Sequence record: LC727701.1
DNA: 64,000 nt
Strand: one strand, 5' to 3'
Shown in pieces: positions 28,161 through 37,812 of the stretch; within the stretch, counting starts at the first letter, position 1; each line of letters begins with the position of its first letter. Below the pieces are notes generated by a model. It was not told the DNA's origin and made no database searches. It worked only from the letters and a program-made list of their open reading frames with translations. The translations under genes were made by a program, and so were the position numbers.

Positions 28161-28997
28161 ATGATTGATCCACGACATCCAGTTAGCGATGAGATGCGCG
28201 CAATCATCGATGCTGAACTTAATCGCATCGAAAAGAAATATGGTGTAAAGATTATTTATGCTTGTGAGTCCGGTAGTCGTGGATGGGGCTTTGCTTCAAC
28301 CAATAGTGACTATGACGTTCGTTTCATTTACGTTAACCATCCGAGTCATTATGTTCGTGTGGATAATGAAGCACGTGATACTATTGAAGAGATGGTGTCT
28401 AAAGAACTAGACCTAGCTGGTTGGAGTATCACTAAGACTCTTCAGCTTGCTTACAAGTCTAACCCCACTCTCTTGGAATGGCTAAACTCCCCAATCGTTT
28501 ACCGTAAGGTTGATCGGGACTACAAGTTAATCCGTGATGCTGCGCTAAAGCACTTCATCCCTGAATCGAGTTACATGCATTATATCTCGATGGCCAAACA
28601 AACCAAAATGCGTTGGTTGTCAGATGAGAAAGTCCGGATGAAGAAATACTTCTATTCTCTTCGTCCTCTGTTGGCTGCAATGTGGGTCCGTGAAAGTCTG
28701 GAACATCCACCGATGGTATTCCATGATCTACTGCCTCTTCTAACAGATCCTATCCTTTATAAACGTATCCAAGAACTGGTTAATGATAAGGTTGGGGCTA
28801 CTGAACAGGATCTGATAGATCGTTGCCCTATATTAGATCAGTTCATCGATTTTCAATTGAGTCGTGAGAAACCAGACTTCGGTAAATACGAACGTCCGGA
28901 CATCTATGCACTTACCGATCTAGCCTGGCATTTTGTTGACCAGTACAAGATCGACACATTCGCGAAACTACAGGGCATCGAACGAAGAAAATATTAG
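28161..28997 (+). CDS. Pol-beta-like nucleotidyltransferase (YcgL/RlaP, PF10127-like)
   Basis: ACESGSRGWGFASTNSDYDVRFIY, SNPTLLEWL.SP, KKYFYSLRPLLA. Confidence 0.88.
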   Translation: MIDPRHPVSDEMRAIIDAELNRIEKKYGVKIIYACESGSRGWGFASTNSDYDVRFIYVNHPSHYVRVDNEARDTIEEMVSKELDLAGWSITKTLQLAYKSNPTLLEWLNSPIVYRKVDRDYKLIRDAALKHFIPESSYMHYISMAKQTKMRWLSDEKVRMKKYFYSLRPLLAAMWVRESLEHPPMVFHDLLPLLTDPILYKRIQELVNDKVGATEQDLIDRCPILDQFIDFQLSREKPDFGKYERPDIYALTDLAWHFVDQYKIDTFAKLQGIERRKY

Positions 28998-29046
28998 TCA
29001 ATAAAGAAAAAAGTTTAATACCATCTTATTAAAAGGAAAATATTTT

Positions 29047-29547
29047 ATGCTATTTAAAGATGAACTATGCATCGAAAATATCTTAGTAAAAGAAAAACTA
29101 TATCTAGTTAAAAATATTGGTCGGACTCGTGAGGTATATCCTAATCCAGAAGTAATGTATAAGGATATTAAGAAGTTCACTAAAACGTATGGCGTGATTC
29201 CAATGCAGTTCTTAGGGCCACTACTTCATGAAATCGTTGAACGAGAAGATTTCGCCCTAAGAGAAAAAGAAGCACAGAAATTCATTGATAATAATCCTTA
29301 TACTTTAGTTGAACCTATCGGTAATATTCATCTTGACTACGTTATTCGTAATTATATTATCCCAACTACTACTGATCCAGATTGTAATAAATTCACTATT
29401 AATCTTTATAAGTATAAAGAATTTTTAGAAGAGGTTACTAATAGGTTAAACATGCGACCTTTTTGGGCTGGCTGGATGCCTAATCGTAATTACTTACTGG
29501 CGATGCGTGAACGTCTACTTACCATCCAGGATATTGTGGAAAATTAA
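29047..29547 (+). CDS. Hypothetical protein (166 aa)
   Basis: AAGGA RBS. Confidence 0.8.
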   Translation: MLFKDELCIENILVKEKLYLVKNIGRTREVYPNPEVMYKDIKKFTKTYGVIPMQFLGPLLHEIVEREDFALREKEAQKFIDNNPYTLVEPIGNIHLDYVIRNYIIPTTTDPDCNKFTINLYKYKEFLEEVTNRLNMRPFWAGWMPNRNYLLAMRERLLTIQDIVEN

Positions 29548-29646
29548 TGAAGTTTAGAATGTTAAAAGTTAATGTATTCAATTTACTCTACTACATACTT
29601 TACCCTACTCCATATTGGGGTAGGGGTATTAAGGTGGGGTATAAAT

Positions 29647-29940
29647 ATGTCAAGCAACAAACTATCTGCACAACTTAATCGTCATCACAATACTCGTATA
29701 GTTAATTATTATGTTTCACTAGCCGCGAGTCGTTATAATGACACTAATCCTTCAGCAAAGGCTAAAGGTAAATGGCGTAAACATAATCCGTTTAACTGCG
29801 GTAGGTCTCGTTGTATGCTATGTGGTAATCCGCGTAAACATTGGAATAGGATTACTCTTAATGAATTAAAAATAAATATTTCATTAAAAGAGCAACTCAA
29901 TGATCTTTATGTAGATTATACTACGCTGACTGAGGATTAA
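29647..29940 (+). CDS. Small basic protein with CxxxxCxxC motif
   Basis: MSSNKL start after a hairpin at about 29601-29630; HNPFNCGRSRCMLCGNPRK. Confidence 0.7.
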   Translation: MSSNKLSAQLNRHHNTRIVNYYVSLAASRYNDTNPSAKAKGKWRKHNPFNCGRSRCMLCGNPRKHWNRITLNELKINISLKEQLNDLYVDYTTLTED

Positions 29941-30011
29941 ATTATGCATGAAGAATATGAAGCAATTTAATAGTTTAGATTAACCATTTGAAATAAATTT
30001 GGAATTAGCAA

Positions 30012-30134
30012 ATGAAAGTTAAAAATAAGCAACAGCCTAAGTTTGTCAATCTAGCTACTATGCAAGCTGCTTGGCGGCTTAATAATGCAGAACTCAAAGC
30101 TAAACGTGAAGCTAAAGAAAAGCAAAAAGAATAA
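30012..30134 (+). CDS. Small basic protein (40 aa, not in ORF track)
   Basis: MKVKNKQQPKFVNLATMQAAWRL...KE*; followed by a terminator. Confidence 0.55.
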   Translation: MKVKNKQQPKFVNLATMQAAWRLNNAELKAKREAKEKQKE

Positions 30135-30150
30135 AACTATTTAGTTGCAT

Positions 30151-30180
30151 AAAGAGAGAGGAATTTATCCTCTCTCTTTT
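30151..30180 (+). terminator. Intrinsic terminator
   Basis: AAAGAGAGAGGA-ATTTA-TCCTCTCTCTTT. Confidence 0.85.
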
Positions 30181-30275
30181 TATGTTGTTTTATAATTTGT
30201 ATACTACAGGTATATTTCAATATGGAATCTTACTTACACGTACCATTCTAGATAGAAATATCCTAACTGATATGT

Positions 30276-30803
30276 TTGTTCTTTATTCTCGGATCACTGA
30301 ACCTAAAGAGGATTTTTAAGATGGTTGAGCATTTAAATAAAGATAACTTCTTTTCATGGGGTGCTGTAGTAGGTGGTGCGCTATTACAGTATTTTGAAAA
30401 TGGTAAACTTGAAGGTGGGTATGATATATTTAAATTCAGTGATGATGTCAACGGCCTAGTTATTACAGGTGGTATAACGCATCGAAAAAATATCGGGATC
30501 CTGAGTGGTCAAGGTGATGATGAAGATCTGTTTTTAGTATTTGTCATAAGTAATACCAATAATCCATATGTCGTATGGTATTATGATATTTATAAAGATA
30601 ATGAAGGTATTTGTTTTACGAATGCTTCACCTACCAGTGGTCGTATTTTTAAATCAGATACTGATGAAAATAATGACCTGTCGATAAGTCAATTACTTAA
30701 AGTAGTTAAATACCTAGTAGATGAACGAGTCCGTTTAAATAAAAATATAGTTAATTTACCAGGTTATGAAATCATTGAAGAAGATAAAGACTTTCAACTA
30801 TAA
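30276..30803 (+). CDS. Hypothetical protein (start probably MVEHL)
   Basis: GAGGA precedes the internal ATG. Confidence 0.7.
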   Translation: MFFILGSLNLKRIFKMVEHLNKDNFFSWGAVVGGALLQYFENGKLEGGYDIFKFSDDVNGLVITGGITHRKNIGILSGQGDDEDLFLVFVISNTNNPYVVWYYDIYKDNEGICFTNASPTSGRIFKSDTDENNDLSISQLLKVVKYLVDERVRLNKNIVNLPGYEIIEEDKDFQL

Positions 30804-30826
30804 TAAGTCTTTTACAAAGTTACCAT

Positions 30827-30910
30827 AAAGGCCTCCCTTCGGGGAGGCCTTTATATTGTGTTTTTTTGTATTCAAACATATTTAAACAGTATATTACTAA
30901 TATGAATTCA
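30827..30910 (+). promoter_or_regulatory. Terminator followed by class B early promoter
   Basis: AAAGGCCTCCC-TTCG-GGGAGGCCTTT; TTTAAACAG-TATATTAC at 30890-30897. Confidence 0.8.
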
Positions 30911-30933
30911 ATCTTGAAAAAAGGAGATATATC

Positions 30934-31263
30934 ATGAATGTGTCAACTATTTCCACTGGTGTTCTGGTACTAGGTGGCATCGCATTTGGTTACCATCTCT
31001 TTGATGGGGCACGCTCCATTTATAAAGAATGGTCGATGGAATACATTTACAAAAAGCAAATGGCTAAGGTAAAGGAGCAGCTTACCGAATATGAAAACAA
31101 GTATGTTGAGATTCCATCAATAGCTGAAATAAATATCTATATCGAACCAGTTCTAACTGAAGCTTTAAATAAACTTGATCGGTATAGTTACAACTGCTTC
31201 TTACATGATGTCGAACAGTACATCGAGTTTATTATTGATAATTATCGTGTAGTTAATCGATAA
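30934..31263 (+). CDS. Membrane-anchored early protein, monocistronic
   Basis: GGAG RBS; TM GVLVLGGIAFGYHLF; own promoter and terminator. Confidence 0.8.
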   Translation: MNVSTISTGVLVLGGIAFGYHLFDGARSIYKEWSMEYIYKKQMAKVKEQLTEYENKYVEIPSIAEINIYIEPVLTEALNKLDRYSYNCFLHDVEQYIEFIIDNYRVVNR

Positions 31264-31275
31264 TAAGAGCATATG

Positions 31276-31331
31276 GCCCTCCCTTCGGGGAGGGCTATTG
31301 CACTAAATTTTATTTGAGATATATATTACAT
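31276..31331 (+). repeat. Terminator + early-promoter cassette, copy 2
   Basis: 45 bp identical to 15590-15634; TATATTAC at 31322-31329. Confidence 0.9.
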
Positions 31332-31374
31332 GTGTGTATTACAAAATCAAATTAATGTGTCGAGGTTTTAATAG

Positions 31375-31812
31375 ATGGACGTAGTTACTAACATTTGGGA
31401 GGACGTTCTTACGAACGTGCATCACAAACTAAAGGTAATGGCCACTACTGCTGGCGATGTCATTCATATAGTGGAACCCAAATTAAATGAAATGATTAAA
31501 TCGAATATTAATCAACTACAGACAGAAAGGTATAGTCTTAGTTTAAACAAAACTAAAGACAATAAATACTACGCAAAATACCATGATAATCATCATGGCT
31601 GGGATGTTTATTTATTTGTTGAACAAACTAGGTATGGGGCTATTGTTGGTAGTGGGTTACGCCATCGTGCTAAAGAAGCTTGGGGGCTTAATAAATTCAG
31701 AGAATATAATCTTATCAAAGTAAGGTGTACTCGACAAAATAGTGTTGTTGATAGTATTGTCTTCTTCGATGATCCATCTGAATATTTTCTTAGAGCTGTA
31801 AATAAATTTTAA
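31375..31812 (+). CDS. Hypothetical early protein (145 aa)
   Basis: GAGGT RBS. Confidence 0.8.
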   Translation: MDVVTNIWEDVLTNVHHKLKVMATTAGDVIHIVEPKLNEMIKSNINQLQTERYSLSLNKTKDNKYYAKYHDNHHGWDVYLFVEQTRYGAIVGSGLRHRAKEAWGLNKFREYNLIKVRCTRQNSVVDSIVFFDDPSEYFLRAVNKF

Positions 31813-31832
31813 ATTAACTAAAAGGTAAAAAA

Positions 31833-32729
31833 ATGAATAATCTACAAGTTAATACCACTATTAAAGAATTACATAAACTTTTAATCTGTAATATTATTGA
31901 TGGTAAACTAATTGAATATAATGATATTGTGAAAGAACTGAAAATTACTAATGATGAATTAGATAATCTACTAATAGCTATTTCAAAGCTATCTGATACA
32001 CCAATTAATAATATCTTTAAATCACTTTCACTAGCAATTGATCTACGTACAATTACATCCGTCATTGAAAAACTTAGTAATTCTACGAAACTATCTAAAA
32101 AAGAAATCCAGCTAGATCTGTTAACTAGGTTAGGAATAAAAGATAATTATTTTTCGAATAGTTTTACCAACGTGTATCATGAACTAAGTGATATTATCAA
32201 AAAGCTTGAATATAGTGATAAACTATATCAATCAGATTATCAAAACTTTATTATTGATAAAGTAACTAGTCATTTTAAAGATGTATTATATTCAGCTGGT
32301 TATGCAATCAATGATATTTATAAGTACACTGATTCTAAAGTAGTTAATGTAGATGAAAATGGACTATTGATAGGTATGAGCATTACCAATTATGACTTCC
32401 ATAATGAGGACGAACCAATTAGAACTATTGGTTTTTCATTAATTGATGAAACTAAGGGTTGTGTTGGAAAATCTGAAACTATTAAAAAGTTTGATGTTGA
32501 ATATTTTCTTAATGCAATGGATACTATCAATATTAACCCTGCTGTTATTATTTTTTCAAATCAGTATCGAGAAAAAGACTTAGCCATTCATAATGCTATC
32601 ATGAATGAATTTAAGGTGAACAAGATTTCAAATAATACACGTGACAATATAGTATCTTATCATACTGTCATGATGGGGCATAACTGTATTATCTCATTTA
32701 ATCACAATGGGTTCCTATTGAAAATTTAA
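31833..32729 (+). CDS. Hypothetical protein (298 aa)
   Basis: AAGGT RBS; helical N-terminal half. Confidence 0.8.
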
Positions 32730-32786
32730 TAGAATATCAATTAAAAATTATCTTATGTAGTTTATCTAATTAAGGAAACAAAAAGA

Positions 32787-33143
32787 ATGCCAACTTATAT
32801 TGAATTAATCAATATTGTCAATGATGATACTCCTGTAGATGATGCAGTTATTAGTGATCTGATGAGTCAAATGAATGATAAACAAACTGTTCTTGACAGT
32901 TGTCGTATCAATCATAAAGGCTATGCTTATTTTAAGTTCCATGTTAAGGGATCAATTAGTAAGGATAAACTTAAGGCTCTAAATGAAACTTTAAAAGATT
33001 CTAATCTTGTTGTGACTGATGCTAGTACACAACGTGGTTTCATGCCACCTAATAAGTTTGATGATATCACTTATACTGAAGAGAGTGTTGGTTATAGGGC
33101 AATGGTCTGGACAAGCTTCACTATTGAAAAGCTACTTGTATAA
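32787..33143 (+). CDS. Hypothetical protein (118 aa)
   Basis: AAGGA RBS, followed by a terminator. Confidence 0.8.
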   Translation: MPTYIELINIVNDDTPVDDAVISDLMSQMNDKQTVLDSCRINHKGYAYFKFHVKGSISKDKLKALNETLKDSNLVVTDASTQRGFMPPNKFDDITYTEESVGYRAMVWTSFTIEKLLV

Positions 33144-33145
33144 TA

Positions 33146-33166
33146 AGAGCCCTTCGGGGCTCTTTC
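33146..33166 (+). terminator. Intrinsic terminator
   Basis: AGAGCCC-TTCG-GGGCTCT-TT. Confidence 0.85.
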
Positions 33167-33193
33167 TATTTCGTAATTAGGTATCTGTATTAA

Positions 33194-33628
33194 ATGGATA
33201 AGTATCCTATTCTACACGCCATGTCTAAAGAAGAGGCATTTAGACTTTTAGACATGCAGGGTGAGTTTAGAAAAACTCAAATGAAGGAAAGGTATTGGAA
33301 TGAGGAAACTGGTCTATGGTGGTGGGAACAACATCCTGATGTTAAATTAAGGATAGTTGCTGCATGTAATAGATGGAAGGATGTTTATTTTATTGCGGCG
33401 AGACATTCATCAATCCTAATGACACAACAACAGCTAATGTATGGTGGTCTTAAGGTATTGCATGAATATGCAGGTGATGATCATGAACAAGGTTTTATTG
33501 ATCAGTATGAAAACTTCCACTCTAGGAAAGAAGCAGTAATTATCGCTAAGAATAATAATCAGTTATATCGAGCTGAATTAGAAAATAGGTTAGTAACCAA
33601 ATATTTATTTAGTGAAGACCTATATTAG
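33194..33628 (+). CDS. Conserved phage hypothetical protein
   Basis: RIVAAC...ARH...QGFIDQY..F.SRKEA..IA...LFSEDLY pattern. Confidence 0.75.
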   Translation: MDKYPILHAMSKEEAFRLLDMQGEFRKTQMKERYWNEETGLWWWEQHPDVKLRIVAACNRWKDVYFIAARHSSILMTQQQLMYGGLKVLHEYAGDDHEQGFIDQYENFHSRKEAVIIAKNNNQLYRAELENRLVTKYLFSEDLY

Positions 33629-33658
33629 GTTTCCAATAATTTAAATAGGAATATAGCT

Positions 33659-34315
33659 ATGCTAATGAATGAAATTATCGATATTCTAGAAGGAGGGAAA
33701 GAGAATATTCTCTTAACTAACCATCTAGGTAATGGCAAATACTCCAATGCAGGTAATGCACTGGCTGCGTCATATGCCATTGCGGCACATACTGCTGTTG
33801 GTCAATTGCGGGATGGCTCAGGAAAACCTTACTGGCATCATTTATTACAAGTAGCTGAGATGGCCCAATTATTCGACCTATCTCACGCTGCTTATAAAGC
33901 AGCATGGCTACATGATGTAATTGAGGATACTGCTGTAACCGCTTCTGATCTAACTAAACTGTTCTCAATTTCTGTTGTTAATCTAGTAACTGAACTAACG
34001 AATGTAACTTACGAAGGTAATCGTAAAACTAGGATTAGTTTACAACATGAAAGACTTTCTCGTATTTCATGGAGTGGACAATCTCTTAAGTTACTAGATT
34101 CCATTTCAAACATGTGGTCGATTGTTAATGATAAACCTGATTTTGCTGAGCTGTATCTGACTGAGAAAGCTCAACTAATCAGTAAGTTAAATAATTGTCA
34201 CCCCGCTATTAAAGATCTGGCTATATCTGTTCTCTATGGCAGGTGTACTATGGTTGGTGGGGGTGCACTAAAAGAATATAATAAACTATTTTCTGATAAT
34301 GAAATTGTATGTTAA
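33659..34315 (+). CDS. HD-domain (p)ppGpp hydrolase-like protein (SpoT-HD/Mesh1, small alarmone hydrolase)
   Basis: AH.A.GQLRDGSGKPYWHH, AAWLHDVIEDT, LV.ELT, LKLLDSISN; no synthetase domain. Confidence 0.85.
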   Translation: MLMNEIIDILEGGKENILLTNHLGNGKYSNAGNALAASYAIAAHTAVGQLRDGSGKPYWHHLLQVAEMAQLFDLSHAAYKAAWLHDVIEDTAVTASDLTKLFSISVVNLVTELTNVTYEGNRKTRISLQHERLSRISWSGQSLKLLDSISNMWSIVNDKPDFAELYLTEKAQLISKLNNCHPAIKDLAISVLYGRCTMVGGGALKEYNKLFSDNEIVC

Positions 34316-34333
34316 AATAATTACTTAATATAC

Positions 34334-34412
34334 ACCCTCCCTTCGGGGAGGGTTTTATTTATCTTTTTTTGTATTTAAACTATTTAAAAAGCTATATTAC
34401 AAATATGAATTT
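34334..34412 (+). promoter_or_regulatory. Terminator followed by class B early promoter
   Basis: ACCCTCCC-TTCG-GGGAGGGT-TTT; TATATTAC at 34393-34400. Confidence 0.8.
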
Positions 34413-34433
34413 AATAACCAAGAGGGCAATACA

Positions 34434-34697
34434 ATGACTGAACGTTTGAAATCCGTATGGTGCGCTTGCAGCTTACTGCGTGAACGCTGGAGACACATCC
34501 AAGACATTGCTGTCGGGGATGAACATTATGTCATAGTAAAAAACGATATGCTGATGGTGTTTCGTGGTCAAGTACCGGTAGGTAGCATGTACCGGGGTGA
34601 CAGTGACCCACTCATCTACGAGGGTGGTGCACTGGAAGAATTTACTAAAGTTGTATTGGATTTAGAATTCAATACTCGTGGTGAAACCAATAGTTAA
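34434..34697 (+). CDS. Hypothetical early protein (87 aa)
   Basis: GAGGG RBS. Confidence 0.8.
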   Translation: MTERLKSVWCACSLLRERWRHIQDIAVGDEHYVIVKNDMLMVFRGQVPVGSMYRGDSDPLIYEGGALEEFTKVVLDLEFNTRGETNS

Positions 34698-34723
34698 TAA
34701 AATTAATTTTGAGGTAATTCATT

Positions 34724-35131
34724 ATGAAATATGTAATTGCATTTATGTTGTCTATTGTAACTATCACTGCTAACTCGGCTGTCATGTACACTAATCGTGA
34801 TTCATGCATCGAGTTTGTAAAACAGGCAGATGAATTGTTTGTAAAAGGTGCATCTGTAACTGAAGTGCAAATGAAGACTTATGAAAGGATTCATTATATC
34901 CTTAATAACACTAAAGATCTAAAGACCAACCAGTCTAAAGTTGAAGAACTCACTGGTCTATTTTACCTATGGTCTAAGGTAGATAAAATGGCAATTGAGG
35001 CAAGTTTGCCACGTGCAACAAATGCTGCTAAAGTCTATAAGACCACTCCTGAGAAATTCATCATTGATGGTTATTTCCAGCGTTGTGTAGCGGCAGGTGC
35101 GTTTGAAGCAAAACCACTTACTCTAAAATAA
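34724..35131 (+). CDS. Exported two-cysteine protein (family member 2)
   Basis: Signal MKYVIAFMLSIVTITANS; RDSC...QRC. Confidence 0.8.
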   Translation: MKYVIAFMLSIVTITANSAVMYTNRDSCIEFVKQADELFVKGASVTEVQMKTYERIHYILNNTKDLKTNQSKVEELTGLFYLWSKVDKMAIEASLPRATNAAKVYKTTPEKFIIDGYFQRCVAAGAFEAKPLTLK

Positions 35132-35143
35132 TGGAGGTACAAC

Positions 35144-35503
35144 ATGCTTAAGAATTGGCTATTATTCCTTTTCCTGCCAATCCTGTCCATTGCATGTCAG
35201 CCTGCCCACGCTGTAGAAGTGGGTATTACTAAGAAATCATGTAATGTGGCAGTAAATCTTTCACAAAAAGCAACTGAGCTTTATGATAAGAACCTATCCC
35301 AATTTGAGATAATGATGCAGTTAGACATGATCTCTCGTAAGGATATGGATGACTTGGAGTTCTATGCAGGTACCGTATATGCTAAATTAAACTTAGTTGA
35401 TATTCGCGTAAATAAACGAAAAGGATTTACCAATGGAGCTATTCTAGATAGGCTAGCTGAAAACTGTGTTGAAGCAATTGGTACTAAATTTAACTTGGAG
35501 TAG
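35144..35503 (+). CDS. Exported two-cysteine protein (family member 3)
   Basis: Signal ending AHA; ITKKSC...ENCVEAIGTKF. Confidence 0.8.
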   Translation: MLKNWLLFLFLPILSIACQPAHAVEVGITKKSCNVAVNLSQKATELYDKNLSQFEIMMQLDMISRKDMDDLEFYAGTVYAKLNLVDIRVNKRKGFTNGAILDRLAENCVEAIGTKFNLE

Positions 35504-35506
35504 AAT

Positions 35507-36301
35507 ATGGTTAGTATTTATATTGTCATTATACTCATGGCTATGCTAGCTGCATTGACATGTGGTAATTTGGTAGATAGCTGGGTAAGGCCAGCTATTC
35601 TAAAGTGGTTAAATGATGATGTCGCTATTCATTTCACCAATGCTACCTGGATGGTTGGGGGGATCCCTAATAGTGTTCCAATGCAACTAGGTAAAGCTGT
35701 TTGGTTACCCAAATACGTGGGTGACGGAATACGTCTTTATATCACGGCTGATGAAATAAAATTTGGATGGAATGGTAAAGAAAAAGATGCTTTAGCACGA
35801 GCCATTGTTGAAGTTATCTTTATTGGTAAAAATCCAAATAGTAAACTTCTTGAAGTAAGTATTAAACCTATTTGGTTACACCCTTCTATCCAAAAAGAAA
35901 GTTTCTATTTAATGTTTGATTGGGAAAAGCTTTATACAAAAAATGAAGAGATGCGTATTTGTTGGAAGACAATACGTCACACTTTTTTCTATGGATTCCT
36001 AGGTTTGCTATTTGGCGGTAGTGCCAATGCAGATAACCTTGTATTAACTGAACGTGGATGTGACCAATATGAAGCAATGGTGAGAACTATTGCATCTAAA
36101 GCTTATATTGGATTAGATCCAGTTATGGGTAGGGAATTCATTATTAATGATCCTGATATGTTAAATGCCCGTGAGAAAGCACAACGTAATACCCGTATCA
36201 TTATCGATATGGTGGAAACTGGACAAGAACCCAAAGACATTGCATTATGGATGAATACTCAATGTAAACAAGAAGCAGTGTCAAATTTAATCAAACAGTG
36301 A
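35507..36301 (+). CDS. Membrane protein fused to, or overlapping, family member 4
   Basis: N-terminal TM; internal ATG 35951 followed by a signal ending SANA; LTERGC...TQC. Confidence 0.7.
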   Translation: MVSIYIVIILMAMLAALTCGNLVDSWVRPAILKWLNDDVAIHFTNATWMVGGIPNSVPMQLGKAVWLPKYVGDGIRLYITADEIKFGWNGKEKDALARAIVEVIFIGKNPNSKLLEVSIKPIWLHPSIQKESFYLMFDWEKLYTKNEEMRICWKTIRHTFFYGFLGLLFGGSANADNLVLTERGCDQYEAMVRTIASKAYIGLDPVMGREFIINDPDMLNAREKAQRNTRIIIDMVETGQEPKDIALWMNTQCKQEAVSNLIKQ

Positions 36302-36314
36302 AAAAGGCATAGAT

Positions 36315-36698
36315 ATGAAAAGAAATTTTGAAGATGATCACGTGGTAATGGCAGTGGAAGTATATGAGAAACTGAAAGAAGCTGCTGCTTATTCATTACA
36401 CTCTTCTGAAATTAGTAAGATCGAACGACATATGCGTAAGTTTAATCGTGTTCAACGCGATAAACATATTGAAAATATGCATATGGAAATGCTTGAGAAA
36501 CGCGAGGCTATTAGAAAAGCAAAATCTTTCTTTTCTCAAAATGCCGGTAAAATTGGTTGCGTAGTAGATAGGCTTGTCAAAGTATGTGAAGTGTATAAAA
36601 TGGATAAGTCTATGGTGGTTGTTGAGTTTCTCCAACATAAATCTAAAATTAAAGTTCCAGTAAATCCTGAAAAAATTACTATTCTTACCATTAAATAA
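36315..36698 (+). CDS. Hypothetical protein (127 aa), possible C-terminal SH3-like strands
   Basis: AAGG RBS. Confidence 0.75.
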   Translation: MKRNFEDDHVVMAVEVYEKLKEAAAYSLHSSEISKIERHMRKFNRVQRDKHIENMHMEMLEKREAIRKAKSFFSQNAGKIGCVVDRLVKVCEVYKMDKSMVVVEFLQHKSKIKVPVNPEKITILTIK

Positions 36699-36715
36699 AT
36701 GAAGAAGGATTTAAA

Positions 36716-37171
36716 ATGAAAAATGTAATTGCAGCAGCTTTCGCTGGTCTCATTGCCATTACCGGTATCATGTTCAATACCGCAATGGCTGAAATCAAGA
36801 TTGGTAAAAAAGATGCTCAACTCACTGTGCAGTCGTGTGCAATGGTTGAAACCATTACTAAACAAGCTGTATTTCGAATGAGTGAAGGTCATAGCGCAGA
36901 TGAAGTTGGTGTGCTTATGCTCAACAACTCTGCTAAACTCAAAGATGAGTTGGATACCAATAATTGGATTGCGTTAACATTCGTATTCAATAGTCTTAAT
37001 AAAATCAATAATGACCTTAACAGTAAAGAGATCCATGATTATATCCGTAGTCAAGGTTACAATGTGACTACTCCTAATCTGGCAGCTTTTATCAGCGGGT
37101 ATTATGGCAATTACTGCATGAAGCATATTGGTGAGAAATTCACTCACATGGTAATTGTTGAACTCATTTAA
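36716..37171 (+). CDS. Exported two-cysteine protein (family member 5)
   Basis: Signal ending AMA; LTVQSC...NYCMKHIGEKF. Confidence 0.8.
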   Translation: MKNVIAAAFAGLIAITGIMFNTAMAEIKIGKKDAQLTVQSCAMVETITKQAVFRMSEGHSADEVGVLMLNNSAKLKDELDTNNWIALTFVFNSLNKINNDLNSKEIHDYIRSQGYNVTTPNLAAFISGYYGNYCMKHIGEKFTHMVIVELI

Positions 37172-37203
37172 TTCATATCGAATACTTTCAAAAGGAAAAT
37201 AGG

Positions 37204-37581
37204 ATGAAATACGTCTTCTCGCTCATTATCACTATGGTAGCAATGTCGGTTAATGCACAACCCGTAACCGTGTCATCTTGCTACGTGCTGCACAGCTTGG
37301 CAAAGAATATGGTTCAATTCTACACTAATGGCGGTGAGCCATTGGAGATGTATGCAATACTGCAAGATGAACTATCCATTGCCATAGATAAAAACCAGAG
37401 TGATAAGGCACTCGCTATTAATATCGCATTGGATAATGTCGATGTAATATACCAAAATCTCACTGATCCCGCACTTAAGCTTTTGGCAAAGAGCGAGGGA
37501 AGTGATCTTGGTGAGATGCTGACTGAAAAACTCAGTAATGGGTGTTTCAATATAGTCGGCGAGGAGTTGTATGATAACTAG
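37204..37581 (+). CDS. Exported two-cysteine protein (family member 6)
   Basis: Signal ending VNA; VTVSSC...NGCFNIVGEEL. Confidence 0.8.
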   Translation: MKYVFSLIITMVAMSVNAQPVTVSSCYVLHSLAKNMVQFYTNGGEPLEMYAILQDELSIAIDKNQSDKALAINIALDNVDVIYQNLTDPALKLLAKSEGSDLGEMLTEKLSNGCFNIVGEELYDN

Positions 37582-37810
37582 AATCATCCTAATTGTTGCA
37601 TGGGTATGGGTAATCTCTCTTATGGGAATGATTACGTATGTTCTTTATGATACGTATCAATTTCGTAAGAAATTAGAAATGCCTGTTGTAGAATGGGAAG
37701 ATAAGGCGAAGGACACTCCTGTTAAGAAGTGTCCAGATGAAGTATTATTCGCTGAAGACCCAAAGGATGGCAAACTCAAAATGGGATGCCCTGAGAGTTA
37801 TAAGAAATAA
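37571..37810 (+). CDS. Membrane-anchored protein with two C-terminal cysteines
   Basis: GAGGAG RBS; TM IILIVAWVWVISLMGMITYV; KKCP...MGCP. Confidence 0.75.
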   Translation: MITRIILIVAWVWVISLMGMITYVLYDTYQFRKKLEMPVVEWEDKAKDTPVKKCPDEVLFAEDPKDGKLKMGCPESYKK

Positions 37811-37812
37811 TT

